Shown here in pieces: positions 60,741 through 64,000 of a stretch of DNA of 64,000 nt. Origin of the DNA: Candidatus Kerfeldbacteria bacterium (GTDB taxonomy: Bacteria > Patescibacteriota > Patescibacteriia > UBA9570); contig JACPGK010000022.1 in NCBI GenBank assembly GCA_016182495.1, positions 11,092 through 75,091 on the forward strand. The letters run 5' to 3'. The position numbers and the translations under genes are program-made. The notes under the pieces were generated by a model. It was not told the DNA's origin. It was given only the letters and a program-made list of their open reading frames with translations, and did no database searches. Every line of letters begins with the position of its first letter. Position 1 is the first letter of the stretch.

Positions 60741-61209
60741 ACCTAACACGGGCTAGTCGCTTCGCTCACTAATTTTTTTTCAATGCAACAAAAAATTGAA
60801 TTGCAAGAATTTTCCATCAAACTAACAAATTTATATCCCCGGCTCAGAATTTGGACAGACGGTCGAGTATATGAAATTAAAGAGTTAGTTGGACAAAAAA
60901 ATAGTCTCAAATTTTACATTTATCCTGAAGACCATAATCCACCCCATTTTCATGTTATTAGCCAAAATGGTGACGTAGACGTCAGTTTTAAGATTGAAGA
61001 TGGAAAATTCTTACGAGGAAAGGCTAAACGAAAATTTGACCTAAAGAAAATTCAATATTTTTATGATCAATACAGGCCAGAGTTACAAAGTAAATGGAAT
61101 GCATTTCAAAAAAATTAGTTCGTTCACTCAAATTGCTTCCTGTCGGCTGTGATGATAAGATCATATTACAGCCACAGTCAGCAACTTCGGCTAGCCTGAA
61201 ACGTTAGCT
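60741..61209 (+). repeat. attC-like site 6 enclosing a gene
   Basis: ACCTAAC A CGGGCTAGTCG ... CGGCTAGCCTG AAAC GTTAGCT, same grammar as site 2. Confidence 0.7.
60783..61118 (+). CDS. DUF4160-like protein
   Basis: YIYPEDHNPPHFHV, L..KW end. Confidence 0.75.
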   Translation: MQQKIELQEFSIKLTNLYPRLRIWTDGRVYEIKELVGQKNSLKFYIYPEDHNPPHFHVISQNGDVDVSFKIEDGKFLRGKAKRKFDLKKIQYFYDQYRPELQSKWNAFQKN

Positions 61210-61359
61210 GAAATATTCCTTTTCTTTTTTGGGCTTCGCCCGAGTGTTTACAAAAATTATCAAATTTCTTTCCCTCTCATCATTAAGTAGGGGAAATTTC
61301 AGTATTAATTTAATTGAATTGACATTACGTTTCATATCTGATACACTATTGTCATAATT

Positions 61360-61977
61360 ATGAAAAGCAGGAAAAACCTTTTAGAACAACTTAAAAACTT
61401 ACCTTATTTCAGTAAAAGTACTGTGTATCAGCTTGGGACACAGTTAGGGCTCAAGAATACCTCGGTTGATACTTATATCAGTCGCTTCTTGAAATCCAAA
61501 GAAATTTTCCAGTTAAAAAGGGCTTTATACGTATCCTCAGATTTCTATAACAGAAATAAGGATGATATTTCCTGTTCGTTTTATCTTGCCAATGTTATTC
61601 GTACTCCATCATATGTAAGTTCATGGGCGGCACTTCAGTACTATAATCTCACAACGGAAGCTATTCATTCTGTAACCTCGGTAACGCCCAAGGTTACAAG
61701 ACAGTACCAGACAAAGGCTGGAAACTTTGCCTATCAGTCCATCAAGAAGGAGTTATTTTCAGGATTCTCATTGGTTAAGGGTAGATTTGATTTCTTCATC
61801 GCTTCACCCTCAAAGGCACTATTTGATCTCCTGTATTTCAAGACTCGACAACTTCGTAGCATGAGTCAGGAAAACATTAATATGCTGATAGAGGAACTAA
61901 GAGTAGATATTAATGAGATGGAAACCCAGGAGCGAGAAAAGTTTTATACCATGATTAATAAACACGTTCATGAGTGA
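61360..61977 (+). CDS. AbiEi-like type IV TA antitoxin
   Basis: N-terminal wHTH (LKRALY), SYVSSWAALQYY, IASPSKALFDLLY. Confidence 0.8.
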   Translation: MKSRKNLLEQLKNLPYFSKSTVYQLGTQLGLKNTSVDTYISRFLKSKEIFQLKRALYVSSDFYNRNKDDISCSFYLANVIRTPSYVSSWAALQYYNLTTEAIHSVTSVTPKVTRQYQTKAGNFAYQSIKKELFSGFSLVKGRFDFFIASPSKALFDLLYFKTRQLRSMSQENINMLIEELRVDINEMETQEREKFYTMINKHVHE

Positions 61978-63253
61978 ACAAATATTAATTATTCTTAAAA
62001 GAGAGCTTGATGAGCTCTCTCTGTATGGCGATCTTGATGCCGAAACCCGTAGAAACAAGCTTAAAGAGGCTTTGCAGTATTACATTCTCAATTTCATTTA
62101 TCACCATCCTGAATATAGCAAATGGGTGATGTATGGAGGTTCGGCACTTCGAATCATTCACGGTCTTGATCGAATGTCAGTGGATCTGGATTTTGAAGTA
62201 TCACACACTGTAACAGGAATCTTTTTAGAGGAGCTAAAAAAGGAACTTGAGGATCACTATAAAAATACGTATGGGGTGGGTTCTAATTTCCTGACAATAA
62301 AAATAACGACAGGCAGAGGACTCCTTCTAAAATTCCATGTTGGCGAAGCATTAGGTTTTGGCCACACTTCCAATCAAGTTCATGTAAAAATAGACCTCAA
62401 CCATTTCGTCGCTCCTAAAACTGTTACTGAGCGTCGGCCGATGAACCGTGATCAGCTTTCTTTTGTTATTTCGACCTACAATATGTCTGCTTTGATGGCA
62501 AGTAAGATAGCCGCCATTTTTTTGCGTGGGACTCGCGGTGTGGGTGAAGCTGTGTACAAGGAAAAGGGACGGGATATTTACGACCTTCTTTGGTATATGA
62601 ATAAAAAAGTGGTTCCTGATATTGATTATCTTGTTGCCAAAGGTATTGATGTAAACGATCCACGGGCGATTTTTGACAAGCTCACACTGCAGATGAATAA
62701 AGTGAGCGATGAAAATCTCAAGCAGGACCTTATGCCGCTTTTTACAAATCGCATATACGTTGAGAACTGGCTTCAGAATTGGCGAGAAAGCTATCTGCGA
62801 CTGCTTGATGATTACAAAATACGCACTGTTACAGAAATAGAGCATATCAGAGTGCACCACGACTTAATGCCAGATAATTTCTATTTCATTTATACCTATA
62901 AAACAGAAGATAGCGGGTTTGTTCGCGTTATGTATTCGATGAGCGATTACTGGATTGATTTTAACGAAGGTAATTTGCCAACCAAAGAAAGCGAGAAAAT
63001 AAAAGATAAGGTTGAATTTACAAGCAATGGAGCGACAAGTCATCCGCCGTCTGAAGATAAATTGAGACAGTATGCCACGCTTTTTTATCAGAAGACGGAA
63101 GATTATTTCAAGAAAACTAACCGAATCATGTTCGGTGATACGATCACAACAAAGCTTATACGCATGACGTCAGATAAACTAAATCCAAAAGAGCAGATCG
63201 TGCTTAATAAGTCGGCATTACTCTCTTGTGAGCTTGATGATTTATTGAAATGA
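61970..63253 (+). CDS. AbiEii-like nucleotidyltransferase toxin with C-terminal extension
   Basis: GGSALR, RMSVDLDF, KIAA, KGRDIYDL. Confidence 0.88.
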   Translation: MSEQILIILKRELDELSLYGDLDAETRRNKLKEALQYYILNFIYHHPEYSKWVMYGGSALRIIHGLDRMSVDLDFEVSHTVTGIFLEELKKELEDHYKNTYGVGSNFLTIKITTGRGLLLKFHVGEALGFGHTSNQVHVKIDLNHFVAPKTVTERRPMNRDQLSFVISTYNMSALMASKIAAIFLRGTRGVGEAVYKEKGRDIYDLLWYMNKKVVPDIDYLVAKGIDVNDPRAIFDKLTLQMNKVSDENLKQDLMPLFTNRIYVENWLQNWRESYLRLLDDYKIRTVTEIEHIRVHHDLMPDNFYFIYTYKTEDSGFVRVMYSMSDYWIDFNEGNLPTKESEKIKDKVEFTSNGATSHPPSEDKLRQYATLFYQKTEDYFKKTNRIMFGDTITTKLIRMTSDKLNPKEQIVLNKSALLSCELDDLLK

Positions 63254-63855
63254 AGGCGAAAAGAAATTTGATAATTTTTGCTCGCCTCTCTTGCTATTTA
63301 GATGACCACTCAGACGAAATACCTGAAGAAAGAGTGATGGGTGCCGGAAGTTTCAAAGTGAGGGCAATTGGTTTCAGGGCGCTCTGAGTAACACTGAATT
63401 TGCTCTCCGTACGTATTGCAACAATCCAGAGCTATTATATGATTGAGGGGCGCGCGGTGTTTTCGCAGCGTAGCTGAGAAAACAATTTTTAAAATACACC
63501 CTATCAAAAAAGAACACGCCGTTTGTGGTTGGCGACGTAATAGCTTACAAACGAAACGGTAAATTGTTTAACAGGGCATTCGGCAGAATTGAAAAAGTCA
63601 ACACACTTGACGAAGGTTGATCGTACGAAGTATTTACCGTGTCGGGTGGTCAGGTGTTTACGGAAAAAGTCATGCACGATTGGATCTTTGCCAGAAATTA
63701 AACATTTTAGTAAACGCCCATAAAAATTCAACATTTTAGTTAAAACCCACTTTTTGATGTTACTATATCAGTATAGTGACATAGTAAGTGCAATCTTGAC
63801 TAGACTACCTTAATTGGCTATAATTGGATATAGTTAAAATATCCAATTTGAATAT

Positions 63856-64000
63856 ATGCCTAAGATTAGCCAAAAAAATACAGAAAAACATGAGATTTTT
63901 GACAATTTTGTCAAACGAATTGAACAAATCCCTTTTAACATTGTTTCCAAAATCGCTAAAATTGACGAATTAAAAGGGCAGTGGATAACTGGGGCACGCC
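63856..64000 (+). CDS. probable Fic-family protein, 5' part (runs off window)
   Basis: MPKISQ...IAKIDELKGQWITGAR resembles a Fic N-terminus; catalytic motif not in window. Confidence 0.45.
   Translation, partial: MPKISQKNTEKHEIFDNFVKRIEQIPFNIVSKIAKIDELKGQWITGAR

Noticed and set aside
315-62860. Many short antisense or alternate-frame ORFs inside long genes
   Set aside because: Shadow ORFs fully overlapping well-supported genes, with no motifs
63308-63390. Hammerhead ribozyme suggested by CGAAA and CTGAAGA
   Set aside because: The motifs are only 3 nt apart, leaving no room for the required stems
63310-63734. Two short minus-strand ORFs
   Set aside because: No recognisable motifs; cannot be supported as genes

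Overview
Bacterial chromosome segment, almost entirely + strand, read with the standard code. Gene content and style suggest a CPR/Patescibacteria genome (inference). Layout: (1) 1-10.9 kb housekeeping genes (lepA, ftsW, murG, folC, murC, murB, hpf, secA). (2) 10.9-18.2 kb accessory array directly behind secA (3 Fic genes, IS remnants, HicBA, S8 protease). Its units are separated by a 37-bp repeat whose right half encodes alternative, synonymously diverged copies of the secA C-terminal tail (F-K-K/R-C-H-G-Q-stop). This looks like repeated site-specific cassette accretion at the secA 3' end and is the top finding. (3) 18.3-28.2 kb AAA ATPase and copper/heavy-metal cluster. (4) 28.2-41.1 kb surface proteins, two L,D-transpeptidases, secD (with a permuted parvulin insert), secF, a sigma-r4/HTH protein and a VirD4/HerA-like ATPase pair. 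(5) 41.1-55.7 kb tandem array of eight ~520-570 aa Cys-rich paralogs, interrupted by a palindrome-flanked DUF559 nuclease and a TrmB regulator. (6) 55.9-64 kb AT-rich integron-like locus: a short tyrosine recombinase with no IntI insertion, interrupted by an 11-bp tandem repeat, followed by cassettes with atypical attC-like hairpins, gene-less cassettes and genes nested inside att hairpin loops. No rRNA, tRNA or CRISPR array was seen. Family names come from motif recognition, not database searches.
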